64,000 nt of DNA from Bdellovibrionota bacterium. GTDB lineage: Bacteria > Bdellovibrionota_G > JALEGL01 > DATDPG01. The position numbers and the translations under genes are program-made. A model generated the notes under the pieces. That model saw only the letters and a program-made list of their open reading frames with translations, was not told where the DNA came from and ran no database searches. The DNA lies in the NCBI GenBank assembly GCA_963668355.1, contig OY764265.1:768001-832000 (forward strand). The letters run 5' to 3'. Positions within the stretch are counted from its first letter, which is position 1, and each line of letters starts with the position of its first letter. Shown piece by piece: positions 39,762 to 50,360 of this stretch.

Positions 39762-41564
39762 CTAACTGGGGCCAACCTTTGAAAAGTCGACGGTGAAGTT
39801 TCGGTATTTTTTGCTTCGGCCGTGGTTGTAATGTTTTCCAAACAGCCGATAAGCCATTTTCGCGTATTGACGATGACGCATGATGAACCGTTGCTTTGAC
39901 GTCACATCTTCATCAACCCACATGACTGTCTGCACGAGAGGCGTAAATCCATTTCGAGCCAAATACACAGGCATATGAGGACGCTCATTCACACTGTCAT
40001 CAAACCAACCTGGGATTTCTACATCCCAAGGCTCGTTAATCGTGCCATCGTCGGTGTTTTCAAACCACTTTCGCTCTCCACCAAGTTCGAATTGGTGTTC
40101 TCTTGAGCACATCACGGTCGATTTGTCGTTATTGCGCAGATGAAGATACGTGTCATGGAAGCGTAAATCCGCGTTGCATGCGTATCTTTCCTGGAACACC
40201 CAGCGAGGAGGATTGACATACGCATATACGCCAAAGCCCGGTAAATTTTGATGGGTTCTTCTTTCCAGCTCTTGAGACAACTCCCCATCATCACTGTAAT
40301 AGATCCTCGTCACCTGTGTGGTGTTGAAATCTTCTGCATGATTCAACGTATAAATGAACGTCGTCGGATCTAAACAATTGTCATCCGTACTCGTACACAT
40401 ATTGAGCCAACTGGGACGACTGTACTCGTTCGATGAGTTTACGGGATAAATCGACAATCTCGCTTCATGCATGAAGTAGCCTCGTGCATCCACATCATCT
40501 TCCAACATACGATCCGGAACATCAAAGCCGCCCTTATTTAAGGTGAAAATTCGTAAATATTTTTTCTCGGTTGCCGAATCCCAAGTCAATTGAATCTTAA
40601 AATGAACATTGTTCCGAAAATCCTGCCACTCATCTTGATCGGGCTTCCAGTAGGTCTTTTTCCAAGGTTTTATGGTGTAAGAGCGATACACATGACTGGG
40701 AAGCGATTCCTCGGGATAGCCCCCCCTAAAAACTTCTGAATATAACCCTCGAACATTCGGCATCGATAGCCGTGAGGATTCTTCATCTCCCTCAAGAAGC
40801 GTGCCTTCTTCCTCAGCTTCATCTTCCTCCGGATTATCTACTTCTGAAATCCCATCCACCCCCAACGTAAACAATGTCACCGCATCAGGATCCTCGCTCG
40901 TAAGGTCTGGAATTGCCATCGTGACCTGAGAGTTCACTCCAATCCCTAACATTGAAGCCATTTCTTCCGCATATTGGGAGGCCGTGCTCTGCCCCCAGGC
41001 CGCATTGAAATCGTCTAGAACGGCATCATTCTCGAAAAAAGCTGGGATTCCCTGACCAAAGGCCTCCTCCAATAGAGCCACCACGCTAGTAAGGTCTTGA
41101 GGAAGAGCGTTCGTGTTGATGAGCACGCCATTGGCTAGAGCTAAAAAAGATCTAAAAGCGGCCATATTTCCAGCAAAGTTCTCTAGCACATACTGAGTTA
41201 AATCTTCGATCACCACAGTCGAAAAGAGATCGCCCAATTCCCCAAAAACAGGAGAGAGTTCGCTCCCAATGACAATAAAGGGCTGCAAAGAATCTAAGCT
41301 AAGGTTGGTTCTTCTCAATGGATTCAGTCGGCTGTTTACGTCTTCTCGGTCATCAGCATCTTCATCTTCGGGGTCTACGTCATCCTCGTCTTCAATAAAG
41401 GCCGCCGAAATGGCGTTTTGAATTTCCGTTGAAAGCTCTTCTGAGGTCAACACCTGGCGATCTTCCGAAGCCTCGGGGGCAGCATAGGGGTCTGTTCCTT
41501 CAGAAGACTCCCCACAAGCAGCGAACAACATCGCAGCCATCAACAAAACACATCTCAGGAACAT
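39762..41564 (-). CDS. Acidic lipoprotein with possible leukocidin/cytolysin-like C-terminal domain
   Basis: Lipobox LFAAC; C-terminal KYLRI..GGF, NGFTP.VQTV, FTVDFS; AAGGAG RBS. Confidence 0.6.
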   Translation of the reverse strand: MFLRCVLLMAAMLFAACGESSEGTDPYAAPEASEDRQVLTSEELSTEIQNAISAAFIEDEDDVDPEDEDADDREDVNSRLNPLRRTNLSLDSLQPFIVIGSELSPVFGELGDLFSTVVIEDLTQYVLENFAGNMAAFRSFLALANGVLINTNALPQDLTSVVALLEEAFGQGIPAFFENDAVLDDFNAAWGQSTASQYAEEMASMLGIGVNSQVTMAIPDLTSEDPDAVTLFTLGVDGISEVDNPEEDEAEEEGTLLEGDEESSRLSMPNVRGLYSEVFRGGYPEESLPSHVYRSYTIKPWKKTYWKPDQDEWQDFRNNVHFKIQLTWDSATEKKYLRIFTLNKGGFDVPDRMLEDDVDARGYFMHEARLSIYPVNSSNEYSRPSWLNMCTSTDDNCLDPTTFIYTLNHAEDFNTTQVTRIYYSDDGELSQELERRTHQNLPGFGVYAYVNPPRWVFQERYACNADLRFHDTYLHLRNNDKSTVMCSREHQFELGGERKWFENTDDGTINEPWDVEIPGWFDDSVNERPHMPVYLARNGFTPLVQTVMWVDEDVTSKQRFIMRHRQYAKMAYRLFGKHYNHGRSKKYRNFTVDFSKVGPS

Positions 41565-41657
41565 TCTCTCCTCCTTGCCTAAAAAAACCGACCCTCTGTA
41601 AAACTTCAGAAGTAATTCGATGAGTATCAAATTAGAACCCACTTCCCCTAAAATGCA

Positions 41658-41795
41658 ATGTCACAGGCCATCAAATATTGGCCCTCTTCAGAGAGGGTGC
41701 CCATTCTCAACAAAAAGGAACTCATCAAAATGAAGAGGGGTGTCGGGCGTCCTCAAGATTTAGGAGATGTAAGAGCCCTAGAGGAACTGCAATGA
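41658..41795 (+). pseudogene. C-terminal remnant of a nucleotidyltransferase-family gene
   Basis: VPILNKKELIKMKRGVGRPQDLGDVRALEELQ resembles the LIxMKxxxGRxxDxxD C-terminal signature; N-terminal part absent. Confidence 0.65.
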
Positions 41796-41821
41796 AACGT
41801 ACAAAGAGTTAGACAACAAGG

Positions 41822-42442
41822 CTACAATTTGTCGAGCGTGTAGTCATCCGTCAGGGCTGAGGATTTTCGTTTCAACATATTCCTGATGATTTTTTTGGAG
41901 GGTTTGGTTTTAAAATATTTCACGAAACCGAAATCATCTCCGCCACTTTTGGGATGAACCCACGCAATGAGCTTATACCTAAAGCCTCTTCCCTTTTTGA
42001 GCGCATCCATCCTTTCCTCCTCTTGCCTACACTTTTCCTCTTCGGCCTTAGCCGCATCTCTCAGCGGTTTCATGAAACATTTTTCACATTGTCCGTGTCG
42101 GTTCGTTTCCTTTTTTTTATGAATTTTCGGATCAAATGCTTTGTTTTTGTGACAGGTCTTGCAAGGAATTAGCGTGACTTCATCGCAAAGTTGGTCAAAG
42201 AGTTCATCGGTTGCATTTCGAAACTTGGTTCGACTTGTTCGTCGAATGCGTCCTACGCCCGCGGCTCGAATGCCCACCTGTAGAAAAGAGTTGGGCGTGT
42301 AAAACACCTCGGCTGAAAAGCTTACCCCCTGTTTTTTCCACTTCTTGGTCAGGCGTGTGAGGTAGGTGGGATCCCAGGGATGATTGGGTCCGGGTGGAAT
42401 AAGCTTAGGCTTTGATGTGTTTCCCCGCCGCTTGTTGGTCAC
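41822..42442 (-). CDS. Basic hypothetical protein with CxxC...CxxC, possibly of mobile-element origin
   Basis: 206-aa ORF, CKTC and CEKC, no signal peptide. Confidence 0.6.
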   Translation of the reverse strand: MTNKRRGNTSKPKLIPPGPNHPWDPTYLTRLTKKWKKQGVSFSAEVFYTPNSFLQVGIRAAGVGRIRRTSRTKFRNATDELFDQLCDEVTLIPCKTCHKNKAFDPKIHKKKETNRHGQCEKCFMKPLRDAAKAEEEKCRQEEERMDALKKGRGFRYKLIAWVHPKSGGDDFGFVKYFKTKPSKKIIRNMLKRKSSALTDDYTLDKL

Positions 42443-42552
42443 GTATGACTCACTTCCGTCATTGCAATGTCAGTATATCATGCTGCCTCATTCGTTTGAC
42501 ACCAAGAACGCTTGCGGGACCGCAAAGACCCTGCATCTGTCGCTTTTTAAAT

Positions 42553-43314
42553 CTAAAAATCGACGCCCATCCCGATGCGCGCGATGACGCCTTCTCGTTT
42601 TTGAAGAAGGCCTTCCTGAATCCAACGTTTGTATTGATACGTGAGGCTTGGCTTTAGAATAATGGGCAGGCCCTCGTCAAAGTAAAGCGTTCCCTCAAGG
42701 CTGATATCCACATTTCGGTATGTGTCCTCTCCGTCAGCTATCACCAACTCGCCTTCGATCGAATTTCTTCGGTCGATGTCCTCAACGCGAAAGTTTCCCA
42801 TCAGAGCCATGGCAGAATACGCTGCCTCTGAGTCCGGCGACCCATCATGAAGGATAGCGGCACCCACGGAGCCGTAGGTTCCTCGATTCATCCATCCGCC
42901 GAAAACCGGTCCTACCAGAAACTCCCAACCAGACATTGCTGCGGGACGAGTTTTGTCCTCTACATGGCGCAGCCGACTTCGAAAACCGAGTCCATTGTCT
43001 CCAAGAAGGGGCCACCCGCTGTCATGTACCCAAAGGGCATCATAAGCCAAGATCATCGAATGCGTCATTTCGCCCTCTCGATAAACACCGATCATCTTTC
43101 CAACATCTGCCAAAAGGAGGTCATCATAATTTTCAAGGCTAAGATCCAACATTTGCAAATCCACAATGGGAAGGCCTTTCTTTTTTCCATCTTCACCCAC
43201 TCCATCCATGGAGAAACCGGTGACGACATACCCCCCTTCCAATTTTTGAGCGAAAGAAAGGTCAGAAAAAAGTAAGCAGGAAAACATAATCAAGACGGCG
43301 ATGGATTTTTGCAT
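42553..43314 (-). CDS. Exported hypothetical protein, possible beta-barrel
   Basis: GGGAGG RBS before MQKSIA; signal peptide SFA|; C-terminal IGMGVDF. Confidence 0.65.
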   Translation of the reverse strand: MQKSIAVLIMFSCLLFSDLSFAQKLEGGYVVTGFSMDGVGEDGKKKGLPIVDLQMLDLSLENYDDLLLADVGKMIGVYREGEMTHSMILAYDALWVHDSGWPLLGDNGLGFRSRLRHVEDKTRPAAMSGWEFLVGPVFGGWMNRGTYGSVGAAILHDGSPDSEAAYSAMALMGNFRVEDIDRRNSIEGELVIADGEDTYRNVDISLEGTLYFDEGLPIILKPSLTYQYKRWIQEGLLQKREGVIARIGMGVDF

Positions 43315-43415
43315 AAAGCACCTCCCTAAGTTCCTGAATAGCACCCAAAGGAGCGTTGCGTCAAGGTGTGAAAACGGCGACGTAGGTTCTTGATTTCGTT
43401 TGTTTTTTAGAATTC

Positions 43416-44783
43416 TTACGCGAGAAACTTCTCGGCTGAAGAGAGCGTTTGTTCCAGAAAAGCTTTGATTTGATCGCAGGTGTCCAAACTCGGGCCAAAG
43501 CATATGGACAAATCTGTCGGGATTCCGGCACCAAAGGTAAGGGGCGACAGAACTCGAAGGTCATTTAAAAGAGCTTCTTCAGCCGAAACGCTCCCCCATG
43601 GAAACGTTTCTTGGGTTTCAGGCTTCCAGTTTTCTTCCCGAATTCGATTTCGAAGATGCATTACGTTCTGGGTCAACGTCTTCCCATAAGAAAATGCCAC
43701 CTTTGGGTCTTCCAATGAATCATTCAAATGCGAATAGGCAAAACCCACGATGTTGATGTATCGAATTTCCCAATCCGAAGAACCGTGACCCATTTTTTGA
43801 AGGATGAGGTCTTGAAAAAGACTGTCTCCACCTGTGGCACACGTCGTCCGAAAAAACCCACCCACTTTCAATAACTTCCAAGCCTTTGTAATGGACTCCA
43901 AGCGATCATTGATCGAGGATAAGTACCCTGTGCAACTACACATATCGATGACATCGTACGACTCTTCAGAGAAGGGAGGGTTTCGGAGGTCGCCTTGAAC
44001 ATAATTCACATCTTCAAAACCACGAAAACCCTCAAAATAAACATCTGAAATGGTTCTTCCTGCCTCTTTCCATTGTGCAAAGATTTCCGTGGGGGATAAG
44101 AGATCCAAGCAGTCCACGGTCCAGCGGTCTCTGACAGAGGATGGAAACATCGTTCTAAATAAATGTGCCGTAAGGCCCGTAGATCCCCCAAGAAACACCG
44201 CCCGTTTCTCTTGCGAAGCCTTATCAGACGACTCCAGCATTTCGTGGAGGGCCATAGCACCCGCCACCTGTCGTTGGTCTTCCGTGTAATGTTGATTGTG
44301 TCCACTCTTCTCGGAAGGCGTAAATTTTTCAGGATTCTCTTGGACTTGTTCTTCAATGGCTTCGAAAATTTCTTGGGACGAATCCTCCAATCCAAGCGAA
44401 AGACTTAAGCGAAGCATTTTTAAGAGCTTTTCTAAATCCCAGGCTCCATCCCGATCTAAAAACACATCCTGCAGAGCCAAAGCCTCAGGAGTGGAGGAAA
44501 AGCCTTTGTTCACAAAATCACGAAGGGCTTTCTTGGAGGCCGAAAAAAGGACCTGTGCAAAGCGCCGCAAAAAGAGGTCGTGAATTAAAAGAATTCGAAA
44601 TGATCGAAAGCCATTTTCATTCTGAATTTCCGTGAGGAGGGGACTTTTCAAGGGAAAACTCATCAAGCATTGAAGGCCTTCCTCGTCTCTGAATCGCTGA
44701 GTAGGATCCAAGCGAATTTTTTCGCGATCCTCCCAATATTGCCTCTCTCGTTTCTCCAATTCACCAATGGTCGGCTTTTCCAT
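43416..44783 (-). CDS. Class I SAM-dependent methyltransferase with N-terminal extension
   Basis: VFLGGSTG, CLDL, VQGDL..PPF..ESYDVI, LLKVGG. Confidence 0.65.
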   Translation of the reverse strand: MEKPTIGELEKRERQYWEDREKIRLDPTQRFRDEEGLQCLMSFPLKSPLLTEIQNENGFRSFRILLIHDLFLRRFAQVLFSASKKALRDFVNKGFSSTPEALALQDVFLDRDGAWDLEKLLKMLRLSLSLGLEDSSQEIFEAIEEQVQENPEKFTPSEKSGHNQHYTEDQRQVAGAMALHEMLESSDKASQEKRAVFLGGSTGLTAHLFRTMFPSSVRDRWTVDCLDLLSPTEIFAQWKEAGRTISDVYFEGFRGFEDVNYVQGDLRNPPFSEESYDVIDMCSCTGYLSSINDRLESITKAWKLLKVGGFFRTTCATGGDSLFQDLILQKMGHGSSDWEIRYINIVGFAYSHLNDSLEDPKVAFSYGKTLTQNVMHLRNRIREENWKPETQETFPWGSVSAEEALLNDLRVLSPLTFGAGIPTDLSICFGPSLDTCDQIKAFLEQTLSSAEKFLA

Positions 44784-44794
44784 ATGACTCCGCC

Positions 44795-45712
44795 CTACGA
44801 AACAGGCATTTTCCCTTCAGTTGCGTGATTGAAAAAACGCTGGGTGGGATACGCAAAATCAATGTCTTTGTGTTTCGCAAATTCTTTCAAGATGTCTTCC
44901 CACATTGCTTGGCGGGCTGCACGACGTTTTCGAGGCTCGCACAAAAACCGCAGCGTTAACATAACGCCGGAATCTCGAACCTCTGAAAAAACTGCAGGTG
45001 TAAGCTTATTATAAAAAATCAAATAGCGCCGCGCCGTTTCTTTGATCTTCTTTTCTGCCCGTGTCGTTAAATGCTCAGCATGTTCATTTACAACCCTGGA
45101 AAGAATTTCTTTGGCTTTTTCCCAATTGCTTTCAAACGTAATCAAAACGGGAATCTCGTCCCAAATGTACTCAAATCCCGTTCCATAGTTTGCAGTGACC
45201 TTTGAAATTACATCTCGATTGGGGACATGAAGAATACGCCCCGTGCTCTGATCGGCATCGACCCAATTCCCAATTTCCAGAATGGTGAATTGAAAAATGC
45301 GAATGTCGATGACATCCCCTCTATGCTCTCCAACCTGGATGCGATCCCCAATGGCGAAAGGTCTTCGCCACAAAATGAACGCCCAACCCGCAAAGTTAGA
45401 AATGATGTCTTGCAAGGCAATGGCCAACCCTGCAGACAAAATTCCGAGGTAGGTGACCACAGAGTGAACCCCTTGAAACCATATTCTTCCAACCACCAAG
45501 AGCCCGAGAATCGAAACAATATAGCTGGTTGCCTTTCGCCATTTGTATCGAACCCGAACATCGGTCGTTCTTCGCCAGACCATTTTGACAACGAGAAACC
45601 GTATGGCTCCGGCGATAAAAATCACGGTCAAAGACTGAATGAGCCGAAGGAGGGTAGGCACTCCCAAACCCGTCACCTGATGTAAATGTGTCAGTATTGC
45701 GTCCATAAACAC
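44795..45712 (-). CDS. mscS: Small-conductance mechanosensitive channel (MscS family)
   Basis: SAGLAIALQD, RPFAIGDRI..G..GDV, FAYPT. Confidence 0.9.
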   Translation of the reverse strand: MFMDAILTHLHQVTGLGVPTLLRLIQSLTVIFIAGAIRFLVVKMVWRRTTDVRVRYKWRKATSYIVSILGLLVVGRIWFQGVHSVVTYLGILSAGLAIALQDIISNFAGWAFILWRRPFAIGDRIQVGEHRGDVIDIRIFQFTILEIGNWVDADQSTGRILHVPNRDVISKVTANYGTGFEYIWDEIPVLITFESNWEKAKEILSRVVNEHAEHLTTRAEKKIKETARRYLIFYNKLTPAVFSEVRDSGVMLTLRFLCEPRKRRAARQAMWEDILKEFAKHKDIDFAYPTQRFFNHATEGKMPVS

Positions 45713-46999
<1,287 letters not shown>

Positions 47000-47008
47000 C
47001 TACCTCTA

Positions 47009-50000
47009 TTACCTTGAGAGTCGAAAAATATAGTCTTCAATGTCCGCTCGCTCTTTCGACTCCGGATCCAACTCCAGATACTTTCGAAAGGCCACAATGG
47101 CCAAGCGATTACGGTTCATATCCTTGTAAACAAAGGCCAAATGATAATACGGCAATGGATTGTGTGGATCGAGAACCTGAGCCCTCTTAAAATATTGTAT
47201 CGCTTTGCTCCGCTGACCGCCCTCTTCAGAAAGAATACCCAAGCCCAAAAAGGCCTCCGGATTTTTCTTTTTATAGCGAATGGATTTCAACAAATAATTC
47301 CGAGCCAATTTGTGGTTTCCATCTTTTCGATAAGCCTCTCCAAGCTTTAACAATACATTGGAGTTCTTGGGTTTAACCTTTGAGGCTTTAAAATAATATT
47401 GAGCCGCTTTGGAATATAAGTTCTTTCCATAATAAAAATCCCCTAAGGCCATGTAGGGATCGATAAATTTATCATCAAAAGAAATGGCCTTCTCCATGGC
47501 TTGCTCAGCTTTAACTGGATCGTTTCGATAGATATGCGTGGTTTCCAATTGGAAAAAAGCCACAGCTGACTCCGGTCTCATCTGAATCGCCGAACGAATT
47601 TCTTCCAGAGATCCATCCAAATTTCCAAGCTCCCGATAAGCCACCCCCAAGTACAAGCTGGTTCCAAAATTATTTGGCTTCCACTTTCGGGCTTCACGCA
47701 ATTCGTTCACGGCTTCTTGATAGGATTGTTGATCAATTAAAACCTTGGCCAACTTAACGCGCGTCTCAAAATCTTTCGGTTGAAGTTCCAACACTCTCCG
47801 ATACGTTCCCAGCGCTTTCGTGTATTCCTTCTTTTGGTGTAATAGTTCTCCCAGAGCTACCTGGGTTTCCACACGAGTGGAATCGATCGAGAGCGCTTGT
47901 TCAAAATATTGGGCGGCTTTTTTCGTGTCGCCCAAAGCCAAGTAAGCTTTTCCGTAGTTTGTGAGGACGCTCACGTTCTGAGGATCCTGCTTTTTGGCCA
48001 AAGCAAACTCTTCCAACGCCTCTTTTCTCATTCGTGTAACCAAGTACACTTCACCCAACGCATTATGTGCCCGAGCAGAGTTGGGCGAAAGATTGATGGC
48101 GGCTTTCAATTTATTTTTCGCCATATTGAAGTTGTCCTTGGCTAAATAAAGCTCACCCAAGTTGACCATCGAATCGATGTGACGAGGATCATTTGAAAGA
48201 ACATTTTCAAAGGTTTGAATGGCTTCGTCGTTCCTTTTTAAGGCTCTTTGAGTCAGTCCCAGTTGATACAATCCTTCCACATTGGTTGGCGCTTTTTCCA
48301 ACGCCTTATTCAAGGCATCCAATGCGTCCGTTAGTTTTCCCTGACGACGAAGGGCATGTCCTTTGTACACCAAATACTCTGCCGCATTTGGATTCAAGGA
48401 GGCCACACGTGCAAACTGACTTTCCGCTTTCGAAAACTCTTCTTTCTGCAAATACAGGCGACCCAAATAAAATCCATTGGCGTGACTGGTTCGATCAGCT
48501 GTCACAGACTTTTCCATGGCTTGAATGGCTGCATCTAAGTTTCCTTGGGACTCTTCGATCTCAGCCAACGAACGCCAAGCACGACCCACGTCCAGAACGC
48601 TCAGCAAAAAATTTCCCTTTTCCAAAAGCTTTTTGAGACCCGCTTTCGCCACTTCGACTTTTCCACGATGGGAGTAAAGCAATTGATACAACTCCAGCTC
48701 TGAGGCCGCATGCGACGGGATTCCATCCACCAACTCCCTCAACATTTTTTCAGCTTCGTCCACGCGGCCTTGTCTAAGATACGCGGAGGCTAAGAAGTGT
48801 TTGGCACGAGGATTTTGCGGTTTTTGCTCAATGGCCTGAAGAAAAACTTCTTCTGCTTTTTCGAGATCCCCTCTGGCCAAAGCAATCTCGCCCAACAAGA
48901 CCTTTAAAGCGACATCTTTTTTGTCTATGGAAAAACCCTTATTGACCAAGGCTTCTGCTTGATTGTATTTACCTTCCGCAAACTTTGCGCGAGCTTTGGC
49001 ACGAACCGTTTCAATTAACCCCGGATGATACTGCTCCGACTGTGAAATGAGGTCGTCAATTCGCTTTCTCTGCCCAGACGTAACCGTATTGCCCGACGCC
49101 AATAAAATGGTTTCCGCCAAACGAACATCCGTCGGGCTATGTCTCGGATCCTCACGCAGGATGGCCTCATACTCACCCATGGCCTTTCGATAGTCCACAG
49201 CACTGTCGGTCACGAAAAGAGATTGTGTGGCTTGGTATCGCTGATTCAGTTGCTGTAGAACCTTAACCGTCGGAGGAATATAACCATCCTGGGGCTTTTG
49301 TCCGAACGTCCAACCAAAAACACCACCATCCATAAACCGCGCCATTCCAACGGCCACCAAACCAACCAAAATCACAACGGTTCCTAGGCTAATCCATACG
49401 GCTTTTGGGATTCCTCTTCGCTTCTTCTTATATTCGATGCCCAGACCCTCTCCGAGTGCATCTTCCTCCTCATCTCCGTCAGGAGCCGGAAAGGCCTCAG
49501 CTTCAGATTCGGATACCTCACTGAAAAGTTCTTCCAAGGCTTCATCTGGCCGACTGACTTCATCCATCGGAATATCTACACCGGGAGCCGTCCCTTCCAT
49601 TCCAGGAACTGCTTCTGTTGGGGAAGAGGAAGGTGGAGACTCTTCGGCCACGCTCATGTCGAAAAGATCTTCTACTCCATCGAGCTTGCTCGCCGGAGGC
49701 GCTTTAGGAGTTGAGGAAGAAGGGGGAGGTGGAGAGGATGAGGGAATGGCCGCTGTGGGGCCCGAGGGATCTCCATCGTCTCCCAAGTCAAAGTCTGCCA
49801 ACAACTCATCCAAGTCGTTGTCTTTCGTCGAGGAAGGGGGCGGCGTTTCTTTAGAAGGAGCCGGCTTGGAAGGCTTTGAGGTTTCCAAAGGCCCGGCTTT
49901 TTCTGCGGTTTCAAATAAATCATCAAAATGATCGGTGCCCCCCATTAAACCATCGTCTGTTTCGGGTGCCGAGGGCTTCGCCTCAGGTTTGGGCTCAGGA

Positions 50001-50269
50001 GGCTGTGGAGGAGATGCCTTGGGTGGAGACGGGGGGGGAGGTGGAGCGGTTTCAGCCGGTGGGGCCGGTGGCATCGGAGGGACCACTTCCGTAGGTTCAG
50101 AGCCGCCTCCACCATCCACCTCAAAAAAGTCATCAAAACTCTCAAACGCATCCGCATCACTTCCCCCAGAAACCGCTACAGCGGCACCACATTTGGGGCA
50201 ATTGACCGAGGAGGTTTGAGCATCACCAATGGCAAACGAATGATTACAAGCTGAGCAAGTTAAATTCAC
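47009..50269 (-). CDS. Zn-ribbon / Pro-acidic linker / TM / multi-TPR protein
   Basis: CSAC..CPKC, about 260-aa low-complexity linker, TM after KKKRR, many TPR repeats. Confidence 0.85.
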   Translation of the reverse strand: MNLTCSACNHSFAIGDAQTSSVNCPKCGAAVAVSGGSDADAFESFDDFFEVDGGGGSEPTEVVPPMPPAPPAETAPPPPPSPPKASPPQPPEPKPEAKPSAPETDDGLMGGTDHFDDLFETAEKAGPLETSKPSKPAPSKETPPPSSTKDNDLDELLADFDLGDDGDPSGPTAAIPSSSPPPPSSSTPKAPPASKLDGVEDLFDMSVAEESPPSSSPTEAVPGMEGTAPGVDIPMDEVSRPDEALEELFSEVSESEAEAFPAPDGDEEEDALGEGLGIEYKKKRRGIPKAVWISLGTVVILVGLVAVGMARFMDGGVFGWTFGQKPQDGYIPPTVKVLQQLNQRYQATQSLFVTDSAVDYRKAMGEYEAILREDPRHSPTDVRLAETILLASGNTVTSGQRKRIDDLISQSEQYHPGLIETVRAKARAKFAEGKYNQAEALVNKGFSIDKKDVALKVLLGEIALARGDLEKAEEVFLQAIEQKPQNPRAKHFLASAYLRQGRVDEAEKMLRELVDGIPSHAASELELYQLLYSHRGKVEVAKAGLKKLLEKGNFLLSVLDVGRAWRSLAEIEESQGNLDAAIQAMEKSVTADRTSHANGFYLGRLYLQKEEFSKAESQFARVASLNPNAAEYLVYKGHALRRQGKLTDALDALNKALEKAPTNVEGLYQLGLTQRALKRNDEAIQTFENVLSNDPRHIDSMVNLGELYLAKDNFNMAKNKLKAAINLSPNSARAHNALGEVYLVTRMRKEALEEFALAKKQDPQNVSVLTNYGKAYLALGDTKKAAQYFEQALSIDSTRVETQVALGELLHQKKEYTKALGTYRRVLELQPKDFETRVKLAKVLIDQQSYQEAVNELREARKWKPNNFGTSLYLGVAYRELGNLDGSLEEIRSAIQMRPESAVAFFQLETTHIYRNDPVKAEQAMEKAISFDDKFIDPYMALGDFYYGKNLYSKAAQYYFKASKVKPKNSNVLLKLGEAYRKDGNHKLARNYLLKSIRYKKKNPEAFLGLGILSEEGGQRSKAIQYFKRAQVLDPHNPLPYYHLAFVYKDMNRNRLAIVAFRKYLELDPESKERADIEDYIFRLSR

Positions 50270-50360
50270 GAGCCCTAGGTTACTCTAACCACCCTCCTTC
50301 AGACAATTTTGAAAACGCGGTTTGCAGGAATCTAGCGTAAACTTTGACTACGAAAGAACC

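Noticed and set aside
41822..42442. CKTCH as a heme-binding motif
   Set aside because: No export signal; pairs with a second CxxC, so a zinc site is more likely.
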